Positions 1-12,790 of a DNA stretch of 51,928 nt are shown piece by piece. The notes below the pieces were generated by a model. It saw only the letters and a list, made by a program, of their open reading frames with translations, was not told the DNA's origin and ran no database searches. Both the position numbers and the translations under genes were made by a program. This DNA comes from Basidiobolus meristosporus CBS 931.73. Taxonomy: Eukaryota; Fungi; Basidiobolomycota. The stretch's first letter is position 1. Each line of letters begins with the position of its first letter. Where the stretch lies: NCBI GenBank assembly GCA_002104905.1, contig MCFE01000624.1, forward strand, positions 1 through 51,928. The letters run 5' to 3'.

Positions 1-408
1 TGTTGGCTACTTCTTACCCGCTGCATCAAGCTCTTGCCACACTTCTGGCGTCGTCCCCAGGATATTATCTATGTGCCAGCGTTTTTGCTGTTCAACTACT
101 ATTTCGCAATCATGAAGCTGTATGCGCTTTTCACGCTGCACGTGACCGCATGGGGGACTCGACAAGGGGTGGACCTCGAATCGAGCGAACTGGACGAGAA
201 AAACCGCCAGCATCTAATGAATGAGAAAGCAGCCACGAGTTCTCTAGAATCGAGCCCGCCAGAAGCTTCGGATATCGTGGGTAGCACCCGCTCCAACAAT
301 TCTCACATATATCTGGACGTGCCCTTTGAAGCCGGTCATTCCGAAGAGATCCTCTCGCCGGCGCCAGTGCACGCCCCTTCGGATGTTCCATCAAAATCAG
401 GTGTTTGA
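1..408 (+). CDS. 3' end of GT2-family polysaccharide synthase (Cps1-like / hyaluronan-synthase-like), 5'-truncated by the window
   Basis: Frame 1 from base 1 reads CWLLLTRCIKLLPHFWRRPQDIIYVPAFLLFNYYFAIMKLYALFTLHVTAWGTR. This fits the C-terminal TM segment plus the TxWGxR motif of fungal Cps1-type GT2 synthases. A low-complexity tail follows; stop TGA at 406-408. Confidence 0.75.
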   Translation, partial: CWLLLTRCIKLLPHFWRRPQDIIYVPAFLLFNYYFAIMKLYALFTLHVTAWGTRQGVDLESSELDEKNRQHLMNEKAATSSLESSPPEASDIVGSTRSNNSHIYLDVPFEAGHSEEILSPAPVHAPSDVPSKSGV

Positions 409-1055
409 TTACTCCGCACTCTACCTAGAAAGTAGAGAATTGTCTGGTTGCTCACCCGCCATTAGAATTCCCCCTCTTATTTACCTATTATGATGCACTG
501 AATGTATTCCACTATTCTACCAAGACTTTGAAGCTACCCCAAGTAGTAGGCTGATATCTCGTGTTCTAATTTGTGGGCTTCTCCAACCCATTGCGACGTG
601 GTTTGTTTCCGGATAGTCTCCAATCGCCATGAAAGAGCGAGTGCTCGTCTATTTTGTCTGGACAATCCGTCGCAAGTTCCACTCGCTCCCAGTCGAAAGG
701 AGGTCAATAAAATTACTTGTCTGCACATGGGAACAGGACTTATTTGGTACCTATTCAACCTTAATGGGAGGAGATCTCAGACAGGATTTAGTAAGCATTC
801 ATATTAATATGGCGATGTGTCATCTGCACTGGACACCCCTTTCTAAAATGGAAACATGTGTAAGGAGCAATAGGTTCTGGAATGATGCCATATAGAATAC
901 TCCGGCATTGATGGTGAATAATCTTTAATAGCTGTTTATGTCAGATCAACGTGATCATTTTCTATCGGTTTGGTGGGCCAAAATGGAATAGAATGGTTTG
1001 CAGTAGGTGGCTATAGGATAGGCAGGGTGCACAACGCACTGATATTCCCGTGCTG

Positions 1056-2567
1056 TTACACGTCAAGGGTTTCCAGCCTCTCCTTCAACTTTTGCATTTC
1101 GTTGGTTAACCTACGGTTGTCGGCGGACACTTGCCTTAGCTTACGATAGGCTTGCGCAGAAATCTCATCAAATTGGGAGCGAGCGTTTTCCATCGACTTC
1201 AGCAACGCCGTTCTAGCAGAATGCTCTAACGATAACTGTCTTTTCATCTTTTCGAGCTCTTTCGTTAAATTCGAGTTCTCCAATCTCAAGGCCTCTATCT
1301 GAGTTTCACGCTCTTTATCGTTTCGTATAGGATCTTTCAGGATGGATGGGAATTTTGGGATTGCCGGCCTGGTTGGGGTGTTAGGTGGCAGAGGCTGTGA
1401 GGACGGACTTGACTTCTCTTCTGTCATGGTATGAAAACTCTCATTAGAGGAGAACGAGGACGAGCGAGAGCGAGCGACAGGGTCTTCGGGGCTATCCTCT
1501 CCTGAAAAATGTATCACTTCTTGCTCAGGTTTGAATGTCACTTTGGTGGATCTTGGGCTCTCCGTAGGCTCGGGCAGAGGCAGCGCAGTCCTAGGTCTAG
1601 CAATTGTGAGCTTTCGAGTGTTATCAGACTTTGGTGCAGGGCCAAGTTGGAACGGAGGGGATGCTATGGAGTGGGGTGGAGGATGTGGTTTATCAGTTGG
1701 GAGAAGAGGCAATGTTGGGGTAGAGAATGATCTTGATGACACTCTCAAAAGTGGTGGGGGCGTGACCGGCAGCCCAGTATCGGTCCAATCCTCTTCTTCA
1801 TCGTCATCCCTTTCATCGGGTGACGGGTAGTTCGGGGAGTACTGTTCTTTAAGCGAATGAGACGTACTTTTGTTGTGATCAAATAGGCTTTCCACTGGGG
1901 ATGCTTGCGGAGATATATTGAAAAATGAGGCAGAAGGTGATTGAGGGGTTAATAAATCGGACGACACGACAGTCTCCCTATCCCCGTACTTTCTGGATTT
2001 CTTACCAAAAGTCTTTTTAATCAGAGAACTAAGGGATTTCTTCTCTGCATGGCCCAGAGGCCCTGAAGATGACGTATCTGAATTGGTCTCCGTGTCGCTC
2101 TCGTGAAAGCCATGGTCAACAGGGCTAGCAATGTCTTCGCATAAGATAGGTGGTAAGGAACCAGGGGCGTGCGGACTATTGGAATATACATACGGCACCG
2201 AGGTTCGGGGCGGTCTACTCACAGCTTTATGTTGCAGCTTATGAGAGAAGTTGTCGAAAGAGATTTGTTTCCTGAGGACCCTCCTTGGAGAATGTTGATT
2301 TGCTTGAGTATTCTCCAGTCCAGTATTTGATAGGGAGCCACGCCTAGCGGAGGCTAGTGTCAGACGTGCTGGCGGCTCGTTCTTCAAGATACGATCAAAC
2401 TCCTCGGTTGTCATGACACGCTTTTCTCGACTTTCACCCAGACTTTTGATTAAACGAGGGGATATTGGCGGGGGAATACTGCCCAAGGCCTACAAAAGAC
2501 AGCTTAGCAATAGTACCGTACCGTATCAATGGACCAAACTTAGCTATACCATAGCTTCGGAACTCAT
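1056..2567 (-). CDS. Uncharacterised Ser/Pro-rich protein with C-terminal coiled coil; two exons (2567-2550 and 2489-1056), ~483 aa
   Basis: The long ORF starts at a TTG in the track. Upstream on the minus strand lie ATG AGT TCC GAA GCT ATG (MSSEAM) and a 60-nt intron GTATAG...GCTAAG...TTTTGTAG (2549-2490) that splices in frame to ALGSIPPP. C-terminus is heptad-like (LRLENSNLTKELEKMKRQL...). Confidence 0.75.
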
Positions 2568-5500
2568 GGTTTCGCTGGAGTTATGAGTTAGTACTGGGAC
2601 GGAATGGGTTTTGGCAGGAGGGTGTGGTTATGGTTCGAGAAAAGAACCTATTAGGGTAAGGGTCTGCGGGAGCGGTAAAGTAGTCGGTAGGTCAAAGTGA
2701 AAATGGAGGGCAGAAAGGTTTGCAGATATGGGCCAGAAAAATGGAATATAAGGAGAATAGAAATGGCTAAACCTCAAGTAGAAGGGCTGCCTAATTATAA
2801 TCAGGGAGGTAAATACAGGGACAAACTAATGGTGACCCCATGAAGCCAAACAATGGAAGGATAGATGATCATGAAAGAAGAATATGTATCTACTCAAGCA
2901 CCATGAAAGTCATCATAATAAATCAATTTATTGCACTACATCAAAAATGGTTTCATCTCGATCAAATTTGTACCAGAGCATGGATCTTAGCAGAGTGGCT
3001 GCAACGGCCACAAGTAGTAAGTATCGATTTGGACAGTTGTCACTCCACCACGCATATGTACAAAGGGAAGATGCGTCTAAATTTGTGCCCCTTCCATAAT
3101 AGGGTGCATGGGATAGGATTGGATGAACTCGATAAGTGCGATACTCATTAGATCAGTCTATCAAACGGAAAAAAGACACCACTGACCGCTATATATGGCA
3201 GGTAGTATTCGGGATTCCCAACCATCAGTTGGTTTGGCGCCAATCACAAAGGCTCACCACCCTTAATCCTAATAAGTTTGCAGAACCCTGAAAAAATTAG
3301 GGCGACAATATGCTGAAATTAAATGGGCCACAAGCAGCAAATCACTTGATCAACGTAGAGATGATGTTGAAACAGTAAACATGAAGCTTGCTGTTTGGTA
3401 GTTACGTGCGTCGTGCATCGGACTGTCCATCTCTGTGGACCACGCAGACACACACCATTTGGCAATTGGCGCGGGTGACTCTGCGGCTACGATCTGTGGT
3501 TAATGGCGGATGGGCCCTATGACTCTCAATCACTAGGGTTCGCAGGCTTATCGCAATAAGCATTGGCTTGGGTGAACATGCCATGAAACCTACGCAAGGT
3601 ATATGTTTGCAATCTGTGCTACTTCCTGGAATGACGGTTTATTGGGTACCAGCTACCCTTATTCAATATAGCCCCACTCCAATAGAGAAATCACCTCCTT
3701 TTTGGAGACTGGATTCGATTTCTTGCCTGCTACCTGCTTGACCGACCTATCATAATGGAGGGATTCCACGGACTCTCCATTCATTTCTGCAAGCAACGTA
3801 ATTTTGGATACCATTGCCGGATGGATGCACTATTGACACATTCAGGTAAATTCGCACCGTTGATGCAAGGGAACATTCTAGCATGACTAATCGAATAAAT
3901 TGCCCAGCACCACACATAGAAAATGGCGAGCTTGCTAACAAATAGAGTCTATTAGCAAGCATAGCCCCTCTCGCACCAGAAAAATACTAATTGCATCTTG
4001 GTAATGTTTCTCATTTAGCCTAATCTGTTGGTTGGTTTCTCAGCTTGTTGGGTACCAGAAGAATTCGGACAATCTCCTGAGTGGTAGAGAGCACCTGCCA
4101 CCGCTCAGGCAGCATTCGAGTATAGGCCCAAGCCACCGTAAGCAAACGCTTTCAATTTGTGATGGTTGTAAGAAATGGCCAATTAGTGCCCAGCAGATGT
4201 AGATTTTAGAGTAGATTGCCGTGACTGAATCGAGACTTGTGTACGATATATCAACTATATTTTGTCTTTACGGTGTGAGCTCGGCATTGGACCCCTGCTG
4301 CCAAATTTCATGGTCCAGCTCAGCGCACGAAGGACTTCCTGTCTGCTAATTGCAGAACACATCCCCTATAGTATCTGAGGCAAGCGCTTGTCAAAGCTGA
4401 GCAGGTGCACTCCTTATCGAATGCTGGAATAGGCATCAAAGCAGCCCAATGGATTCGCGGTAGTTCCCCTGGTTTATGGGCGGTGACTATTTTATTTTGT
4501 TTATTTGCTGCCCATTCTGTGAATAAGGATCGTCCATGATAACCTCGCCAAGTGAATCATCACCTCCGAAGTACCATGGCAGAACGGCTACCATGCTCAT
4601 TCATGCAGCCTTCAGGGTTGGGATTATGAGCTATGATACTCAGGAGAACACAGATAGATTGGTGTTGATGATTGATCAGTTTTGCATTGGAGAGCGACCT
4701 CCTTCATTGGTGAATCTCGAGCATGTGTACACAAGTGATGTAATTATGTGCAGTAAATGTGTTTAATCCTTCTGCATGTCTCCGTAATCGGCTATTAGCC
4801 TGTTGCCGACTCTTTCATTAGACTCAGGATCTAGATTGTGCCCAATGAACAGAGGATTTGCTGTGGGTCATGTGACGAAGACCCAACCTCACAGTCGTAT
4901 TATCCCAAGATACTACAGCGCCTTATCATTCGGTAACGCCATGAGATAAAAGGAGTAAACACTAGCTACGAACTATAGAATGTTATCAACATTCATACAT
5001 GTAAACGATGATGGTGGACAAAGGGCTAGGCTGGTGTAATTGCTTGTTATTGAGCTCCGATAGGTGGTACTCGACACTTGAAGCCTCATACAGGCAACTT
5101 TGATGATAGACGGATCTGCCTTGTCTGCACCCAACTCAACAATGCAGTACACTGGGTATTCGCCATCTGATGCCAATCGCAACCAAGGTGTAGTCAATTG
5201 GTATCATTTCCAACTTCTGGCTGCTGTCCTTTTAGTGACGTTAAAAATCGGGGAACACATGTGCTTCATGTGCGGCCAGTACTCTTCAGGGGAAAGCAAT
5301 GAAGTATAGGTGAATATTTAATAACATTTACATCACTCTTAATAACCACAATACCATCTTAAAACCAAGTCTGTGTTGGATCCATTCAAGATGAATTTCA
5401 CATTAAAATGAACCAGAAGTAAACTCGAAGGCCCCAGCTGTATACTCAGAGATCTTAGAGAACACATGAAGATTGTAAAAAAGCAACTCAAGCCATGCAA

Positions 5501-7077
5501 GTGTCACACCAGGGTTGACGATATTTGCTGGTCAGAAAACATGTTTGTGTACCTGCAGCCATGATTACAAAATCAAATCAAATGAAGCCTCACTACCAGG
5601 CCTGGTGCCTAAATAATCACCATCTGCAACAGCCCAGCCTATCTCTTAAAGCCTACCACCAAGCAGCACCATAGGTGAACGGTGGACTGTTGTACATAGA
5701 AACCAGACCTGGTACTTTGGCTGGATAAAGTCTGCTGTAGTGGTGCAAAATTGAGGATAGGTGTACCCCCTTGCCATAGGAGCGATATATAATTAAGGAT
5801 TATCGGCCTTTTTTCCGATGTAACTTAAGCTAGCCCAACTTCCCCAGATCTTGCTACAGCTATAGGCGATAATTAACCTGGTTGTTGAAAACTAGTTGGT
5901 CATAGTGCGTTGTTTCGGGGCAATGTAATAGCTGGCATTTTTTCCTTTGCGTACAGGTTCATCTTTTACTCTACACATAAGGCCGATTGCAGCACTGCAG
6001 TGTATTTAATTTTGACAGGAATGCCAATTTTAATCGTGTGACATTCATTATCGAAAAGACAGAGGTAAGGTGAACGGATCGGAAAATCATTTACGCACCG
6101 TCGAAGCATTCATAAACATCACACAAGTTGCCATCAAAGAAAAAATATTCGGAGGCATCCTTCGATAGACCCCCTGGCTAGCGTTTCTCATCGAAGCAGT
6201 AATATGACATATGGCTGAATTACACCATCCTGACCATTCCTTACTAGTTGGCTTCTTGATTGGGAAGGGACACCTTGATTGCCTGCCTATGTCATTATCG
6301 AGTCTCCTCGTCCGAAACAATCAGGTTTCAAGGCTTGTAATATTAATAATACACTGGTAATCGGCTCAAGAAACCTGGAAGCCCACACACTTCCCATGCA
6401 TTATACATGTTGAACTGTGCACAAATTACATAGCATGAAAAACCTGTGGCTACTCTGCAGTTTTTTCCGTCTCGATTGTGGTGAGTGAGCAGGAGCCCTG
6501 ATCAGAGTGGCAACCTCTTTGAATTGAGCCTGTTCACTCTCCTTTGAGGTGCCATGGACGTGATGATGGCTGGAGTACAGTACAAAACGCCTGTTACACA
6601 TGAGCAAGCTAGGCCCAACCAATGATCGCCACAGACCGAGGCAAATTGTCCACTGAGATATCATGCATGATTGATTTGAACTTGGGAGATATATCCCAAC
6701 TGACCGATTTGCCAATTTCCTGAATACATTTCAAAACTCCAACTGCTAATCTTCATTCGTGGTACACTGTGGTCTGCAGGTAGTATGGGTGGGGCGTTCC
6801 AGGTTTCGGCCGACAGAGAGATGACAGTCATTTTGGCGTGGATGGAGTTGGATTTATTAACGTTGTAACTAGAGCATCTGTTGACACCAGATGGATAATC
6901 TGAGCATACGAGGGAATCAATTACGATGCAAATATTGCCAATTCATACTAGATACTTGGTGTTTTTGTAGATTCGAAGACTACCCGGGGAGGAAGTATAT
7001 GCGTGAAGTGATATTTACAATAGGTTGAAGTGCCATGCTCATGCAAAAATACGCATCAAGCTCATGTTTCCTGGAAG

Positions 7078-8064
7078 CTACACAACTAGGGCAATGTTGA
7101 TTTGGGAATAGGAAGGTGGCGGGACACCAGGGAGGTCTTCTAGAGTGTAGTATGGAGGTAAAGCCTCGAAAATTCGATCCACTGTATCGGAGAGTATAAT
7201 GATGGGAATCTTTATGAAGTGGGTCAAGGTCTGTCCCTGGTGCTTGGCTTCGATTCTGAGCACTATCTCGTGCTTGGTTTCCATGAAAACGTTATCACAG
7301 TCGAACTGTATGTCGTTGGATTGTATGGGCATCACCACCTCCCGCTCAGTGGAATCGGAGAACTCTTTCTCGAACACGACGCGGTGCCACTTCTTCTCCA
7401 CATTGGTCTTGTGGCTCTTCGGCTTTTTGAATGTGGTGATTTCTTTGATGGCGGAATTGATTCTTAAGCATACTCTGTCTGCGCCACCCAGCGGTAGGCA
7501 GCGAATCTGGATAGGGATATCATCCCCAATGCCGTAAACCTTTTTCTGAGCAAAGAACTCGATGCTGAGGACGTTTGGAATGGTGTCGTAGGCAACAATT
7601 GGGTCGTCATTGTGCTGGAAGAAGCGCTTCACCAAGACGGGCTTCTTCACCGATAGTCGTGGTTGGAAATGGGGCCTTTCAGCGACAGCGGTAAGGGAGT
7701 AGTCGCACCTGACAACTTGGGTCTTGATGGTTTCCATGATATTCCCATCCAGTGCAAACTCAAACGGAAACTTCGACTCGCCGGCAGGCATACTGTGCAT
7801 CTCTTCGCTCGGCTCCAAGATGGTCAAGGTTTGGTCTATCAATTTGTCCCGAAACCGGCATTTGCTGTTTAGCAATGCGGTGCTGTAAATCCAATTTATG
7901 TCGCTCTCGCCTTCCAACTTCAGTATGAGGGATTTGACCTTTGCGGGACGTTTGAATCGCACCACCACGACTCCCTTCAATGCCTTGCCAGCAGAGGTGG
8001 ACGGGTGTCCGTAGAGAGCCAGGTATGGGTTGCTGAAGTGGATCTCAATGGTGGAATGTGGCAT
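7078..8064 (-). CDS. Alpha-arrestin (ART / Rsp5-adaptor-like), 328 aa
   Basis: Arrestin-N signatures (LKGVVVVRFKRPAKVKSLILKLEG; MPAGESKFPFEFALDG; YSLTAVAERP), an arrestin-C-like half and C-terminal PY motifs LPPY and PPPSY. Confidence 0.9.
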   Translation of the reverse strand: MPHSTIEIHFSNPYLALYGHPSTSAGKALKGVVVVRFKRPAKVKSLILKLEGESDINWIYSTALLNSKCRFRDKLIDQTLTILEPSEEMHSMPAGESKFPFEFALDGNIMETIKTQVVRCDYSLTAVAERPHFQPRLSVKKPVLVKRFFQHNDDPIVAYDTIPNVLSIEFFAQKKVYGIGDDIPIQIRCLPLGGADRVCLRINSAIKEITTFKKPKSHKTNVEKKWHRVVFEKEFSDSTEREVVMPIQSNDIQFDCDNVFMETKHEIVLRIEAKHQGQTLTHFIKIPIIILSDTVDRIFEALPPYYTLEDLPGVPPPSYSQINIALVV

Positions 8065-9128
8065 GGTACAGGAAACAGTAATTTATGAGAATCTAGTCCT
8101 ACAGAGAAGTCAGAAATCGGGCCCATGGTTGCTTTTATACAATGCATGTATCCAGTATTTACCACGACTATCTGATGCTGCCAAAGATGTCACCATCAGG
8201 TGAGTGTGAATGGTTCCAATTCAATTTGGATCAGTTTATTACCGAAGGGAAACCGAGTTAACTTTGACATATTAAATCCCCTGCCATTGGTTAACCCAAT
8301 TAGTAATGGGGTCGGGAACCCTGGAATTATAGTGAACAGATCATTTACAATTGTTGGGATCACAATAGGCCAAGGAATGGCTGAAGTGGTTGGCTACTCC
8401 AGAATGAAATTCACACAACCTCCAGGCCAGTTTGGCAGACGAAGTTTTACTCCCAAGAATGGGCGAATCCAGTTCGGAATATTGATTCCAATCAACCAGA
8501 ATCATTGATATTGGCCAACTTCACGACCTGATCTCGCGGGATTCTGTAGGTGCTCGGCGCTTTTGAACGACATTGAGTCGGAGCACTGCCCGAACGCCGA
8601 GCATACCCTGGCAAGCGCGTCTGCAGGATCTCAAGAGAGTCCAATAACGGGGCTTGGCAGCTCTCCGGCTACAGGATGCAGCTTCTCTGGGATAGGATGA
8701 GCTTTGTGAGGGGGTGGAGCAAGCAATGGCGTCTGACGAACGGTAAAGGGGAGCAGGTTAAACAAGAATCTTCCATTTTAACTTGTCAATCCTGTGTATC
8801 ACCGGGGTTTTTCCCAAGAGGATCGTATTAAAGACGCTATCCGTAGGGGATATCGCTGTGTTTCGCTATGGCAATAGTTCGAGGGGCTCCCTTTAATTCA
8901 GCGATACCTCGGTCATTTCTCGGCCATTCTGTCCAATTTAACTCTGGTGCGAGGAGTTGGAAACCCGGGAAAATGATCACTAGGTGTCACTGATTCCTGC
9001 AATGCGCTAATGAAGTCAGGATGGCATGGGCTCTATTAGGAATTTCATTAATGCCAAAAACAGTCAAGGACTGTCTTTACGAATAGTCAATTTCCATGCT
9101 AGCTTAAAGTTCCCATGAAGCGTTTCAA

Positions 9129-9530
9129 GTGTTGTCAGTCAAGAAGCGCATCCGGATCGCCTATCAGATATCGGCAGTGCGAGGTTTGCTGCTACATCGA
9201 ATACAACACGTCGGTTCAAACACCCGCCCATTGCCCAACCAGCCGCCACGACCTGACCCCCTACGTAGTGATGGGCTAGCTGTCCGATGCTATCTGGCTG
9301 GTGGGTTGTTCGATTGGATCTTGCTATCTGGGCTGGCGCTGCAGCAAGAGATAGCAGGAGCTCCATGCTGCAGCAGAACTGTCAGGCATTTGTTACACAC
9401 CCATGGTTTGCCCACTTGCATCCTTGACACTAATTCTGCTACCCTAGGCATCACATGGATTTCCTGCTTTTAGTATTAATGGACCCGTGATGACATTCGA
9501 CGCACTCATGTCTACCATGACTCAGCAGAT
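9129..9530 (+). pseudogene. Possible Tc1/mariner transposase N-terminal relic
   Basis: ALQQEIAGAPCCSRTVRHLLHTHGL resembles the Tc1 second HTH (SxRTVRRxLHxxGL), and an in-frame W-T-x-D-D follows after two stops. No DDE core or TIRs were found. Confidence 0.2.
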
Positions 9531-10126
9531 ATGTCCACTCTCCTCATCACGGATCACTGACGTCAAACGGATTTGGGAAAGTGGATCAGAGCGCGTACTG
9601 TGCAGGTGACAAGCAACGTCAAGGCTAAGAGGTGATGCTAGCATGAGGCTCACAGGGGCTATTGTGTTGTTCCATTACCATTTATCAAATTGGACTCATC
9701 TGAACGCATATTAGCCCACCACAATACTGCCATCAACGAGCACCACAGTATGCGACTCTAGTGCCGCTCCATTAGTGATGTTTCAACTGAATTGGTCCGG
9801 CTGCCTTGTGCTACCTCGGCTGTATTAAGGATGCATAGGTCATCAGGTGTGCGAAGCAACGGCTTTGATCACCTTCATTCCAGGCGTGTTTGTTTGGCTG
9901 CAGGTAACCATGGACTAATCGAATATAGGCCGATATTTATTTGACCAACGCTACCACAATAGAATGGGAATAAGACGAGGAGCGATTGGCTGGGCTAAAC
10001 TGCTGTACTCAGGAAATGCTTGAATCTAATTCTAGAACAACGGGAAAGATGTAACCATCATGCTTGGGGCTGCTGTCATCCGTGTGACATGGGGGATCGA
10101 GTCATGATATGCCAAATGATGAAAGC

Positions 10127-10888
10127 TTACTTCTCACTGCGACCGCTGTAGGTCTTAAACTGCACGAAAACCCCGACCAAAAACAATATTGCCAGAGAGG
10201 CCAGCATGCCGTAGACCGCACCGGTGGTGTGGTAAAACGTTTCTCCTCTGCCGTTGAGGAAATCCAGTAGCTGCTGGGTGAACCCAGTGCGCACGAAATA
10301 ATCCACCCCTACAACCAGGGAGTAGGAGCCAATGAGGGCGGTCCCAACGATAAGGATGGGCTTCTCGAAGAAGAAGATCAGCACCATGCCCACCACCACG
10401 AAGACCCCGATGAAGACGTAGCGTGCAGTGGAGTTGGTTATCAGCAGGCCATCCTTGAGAGACAGAATGAACATCGAGAGTGCAAACCCGCCCAACCCAC
10501 CAATGGCCAGCAGCCCCAGTTTCCAAAGGCAGGCAAACAAGAAGCCCCCGATGAGGCCGCTGACAATCGAAACTACCATGTAAATGGTGGCCCTGGAGGA
10601 CGTGGATGGAGCCTCGATCTCGTAGCAAATGATGTATGCTATGAAGCCAGTGGTGATGAAGCCAGCCAGAAACAAGAGGACCTTGAAGAATTTTTGGCCC
10701 AGGAAGCAGAAAAAGAATCCCACCGCGATCATGATCCCGGCGATAATCGAGGTCTGTGGTGTGATGGTGTAATCGCCGGGATTGGTAGGAAGATCTACAT
10801 TGGGTATGTCTGGAGCACCCCAGACGGTGCCCACCAGTGCAGCAATCACAAGGTAGATAGATAATGCTTTTGTGGCCAGAGCGAGCAT
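10127..10888 (-). CDS. TMEM198/TM7S3-like (DUF4203) multi-pass membrane protein with signal peptide
   Basis: Likely start MLALATKALSIYLV at 10888, followed by a signal-peptide-like segment and about 7 hydrophobic helices. Family-type motifs: GFFFCFLGQKFFK, LFLAGF, TALIGSYSLVVGVDYF. Confidence 0.85.
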   Translation of the reverse strand: MLALATKALSIYLVIAALVGTVWGAPDIPNVDLPTNPGDYTITPQTSIIAGIMIAVGFFFCFLGQKFFKVLLFLAGFITTGFIAYIICYEIEAPSTSSRATIYMVVSIVSGLIGGFLFACLWKLGLLAIGGLGGFALSMFILSLKDGLLITNSTARYVFIGVFVVVGMVLIFFFEKPILIVGTALIGSYSLVVGVDYFVRTGFTQQLLDFLNGRGETFYHTTGAVYGMLASLAILFLVGVFVQFKTYSGRSEK

Positions 10889-11778
10889 TGCTAATTTAAT
10901 GTTGTAGATGAATGTAACAGTCACTGATAATCGTTCAAGCATCCGATTGCTATTTAAAGCTTCCGATGTCTTGTGGAGAGCACGGCTTGGTTCAAGCTCT
11001 TGACTAATAAAGAAAATCTGCGATGGGCGCGGCTCATCACCCTAAGCCCTTCATCGTTGTCCAAAACCAGCCATGTACCTAGGTAACATCGTGGAAGTGA
11101 CTTGGCGGGGCTGATCGTACCCTGCTTATTCGATTGTGCCGACGTTCAGATGTTGGGTCTCCTGCGAATTCCCATGTTAAGGGAGGACCTAGATCCCATC
11201 ATGGCTCGCTCTGGCAACCGAACATGGCTACGGACATGGTATAGGCATGCTTTCCCAGACACCGACATTCCGCGACCTACTAGATGTGGAGTCGCCGTTG
11301 AAATTCATTAATCACCGATAAAATCCCCATTTAATCTTGATAAGCCTGACTATTGGAACCAATCGCTATGCGATCTCTCCAGTCTCAACAGATGACTGTG
11401 AATCACGTCGCGTTACCAGTTTGGCTGAACGGTCGTTGGGATCTATCCAATGAATTGTGGTATCCTACAACAGTTGAGACTGCTATTTGTGTTTCACGCT
11501 GAAGGGGGCTGTATTCATGAAATCGAAGTGGGTTCATACGAGTTGGACTCGCTCTCTACATGCAAAGCTTTAATGTTGATATATCATGCACATGCTTAAC
11601 AGTCTTGGTTTCCCAGTGCCCAATCAATCGATGGTTCAAAATTTATCTCAAAAGTGCCCTAGACACTGGTTGGTACGAAAAAGTGCTCTAGAAGGGGCTG
11701 TAAAGGTGGAATGAAGATCATGAATACTGAATAGCAAAGTTACAAGTGGAATAAATAGGCGACGACTATGCTAATGGT

Positions 11779-12790
11779 TTAGCTGATGGTGTGTGTGATT
11801 CCATTGGCTTCGTAGAACTTATGGAAGACAGGGATCAATTGCTGAGCAACGGTGAAGCTGAATATGAGCTTGGGCCCCACAACAAGGATCTTCGGGGTAA
11901 GGCCCTTGAAGAATGCTCCGAAGCCTTCCTTCTTGACCATGTTCTTGATGATGCTGACTCCACTCTCGGGGGCATCGAACGGCTTGTTTTGAATTCTGGT
12001 CTTCACCACATCCAATGGTGCAGCAACTGTAATACTGGCTACCGCGCCACCGATAGAGGCACAGAAGTTTTGGAAGAAGGTTGCCTTTGAGTAATCCTCT
12101 AGATGGAACATGTGCTCCTTAACGATGGCTGCACCGCCAAAGAGAGCAAATGATCCCGGGGCATTTCGGGCAGCAGTCCACATACCACCGCGATACAAAC
12201 CAGTACCTTCGTCCCACAAAATTCTAAAGAATCCTCGATTCTTGAGCGACTCGGGATTGGTTTGCATCTTGATCTTCAGAACATCTAATGGCAGCAAAGC
12301 AACCTCACCTATCCCTACAAGGGAGCCTGCAGTGGCGTGCATCATGGTTTTCCCGTTCTTTTCACCGAAGGCGCGAGAGAACGTATCGCGGTGATGGGTG
12401 TTGAGGTAATCCTTTACGAATGGTTGGCCACCAAACTTGTAGACACGTTGCAAGATCTTGTAGCCGGCAGCGAAGCCAAGGCCAGGGAAGAGGGACATGT
12501 ATTTTCGCAATGCACCAGCGTTCTGGGCATCTTTGAATATCACTGCTGACAGGTTGTGAAAGCCTTGGGAAAGTGGGGCGCCAGGGATGAAGACCTGTCG
12601 GATTTTTGGTCAGAACGAGGTCGTTCTGGTCGATTTATCAGGGGCTTACCTTTCCAGTGTTACTCATCAACCGTTTGGCAATAGTATCAATCGGATGGAA
12701 CCCGAGGAGCTCAAGGAGGCCGGAGGCGCCAGAGCCGCTGAAGCGAGCAAGGCCAGATTCACGATTGTTGCCGGTACCATGTACACCCAT
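11779..12790 (-). CDS. GGC1: Mitochondrial GTP/GDP carrier; two exons (12790-12650, 12594-11779), 318 aa
   Basis: Exon 1 reads MGVHGTGNNRESGLARFSGSGASGLLELLGFHPIDTIAKRLMSNTGK, then a 55-nt GTAAGC...CAG intron. Exon 2 has FPGLGFAAGYKILQRVYKFGGQP, LLPLDVLKIK and WTAARNAPGSFALFGG, as in yeast Ggc1/Yhm1, with three carrier PxDxxK motifs. Confidence 0.95.

Noticed and set aside
2840-6715. Short ORFs in the 2.8-6.7 kb intergenic stretch (possible gene or TE relics)
   Set aside because: Frames are riddled with stops and I recognise no family motif, so they cannot be supported without a homology search.
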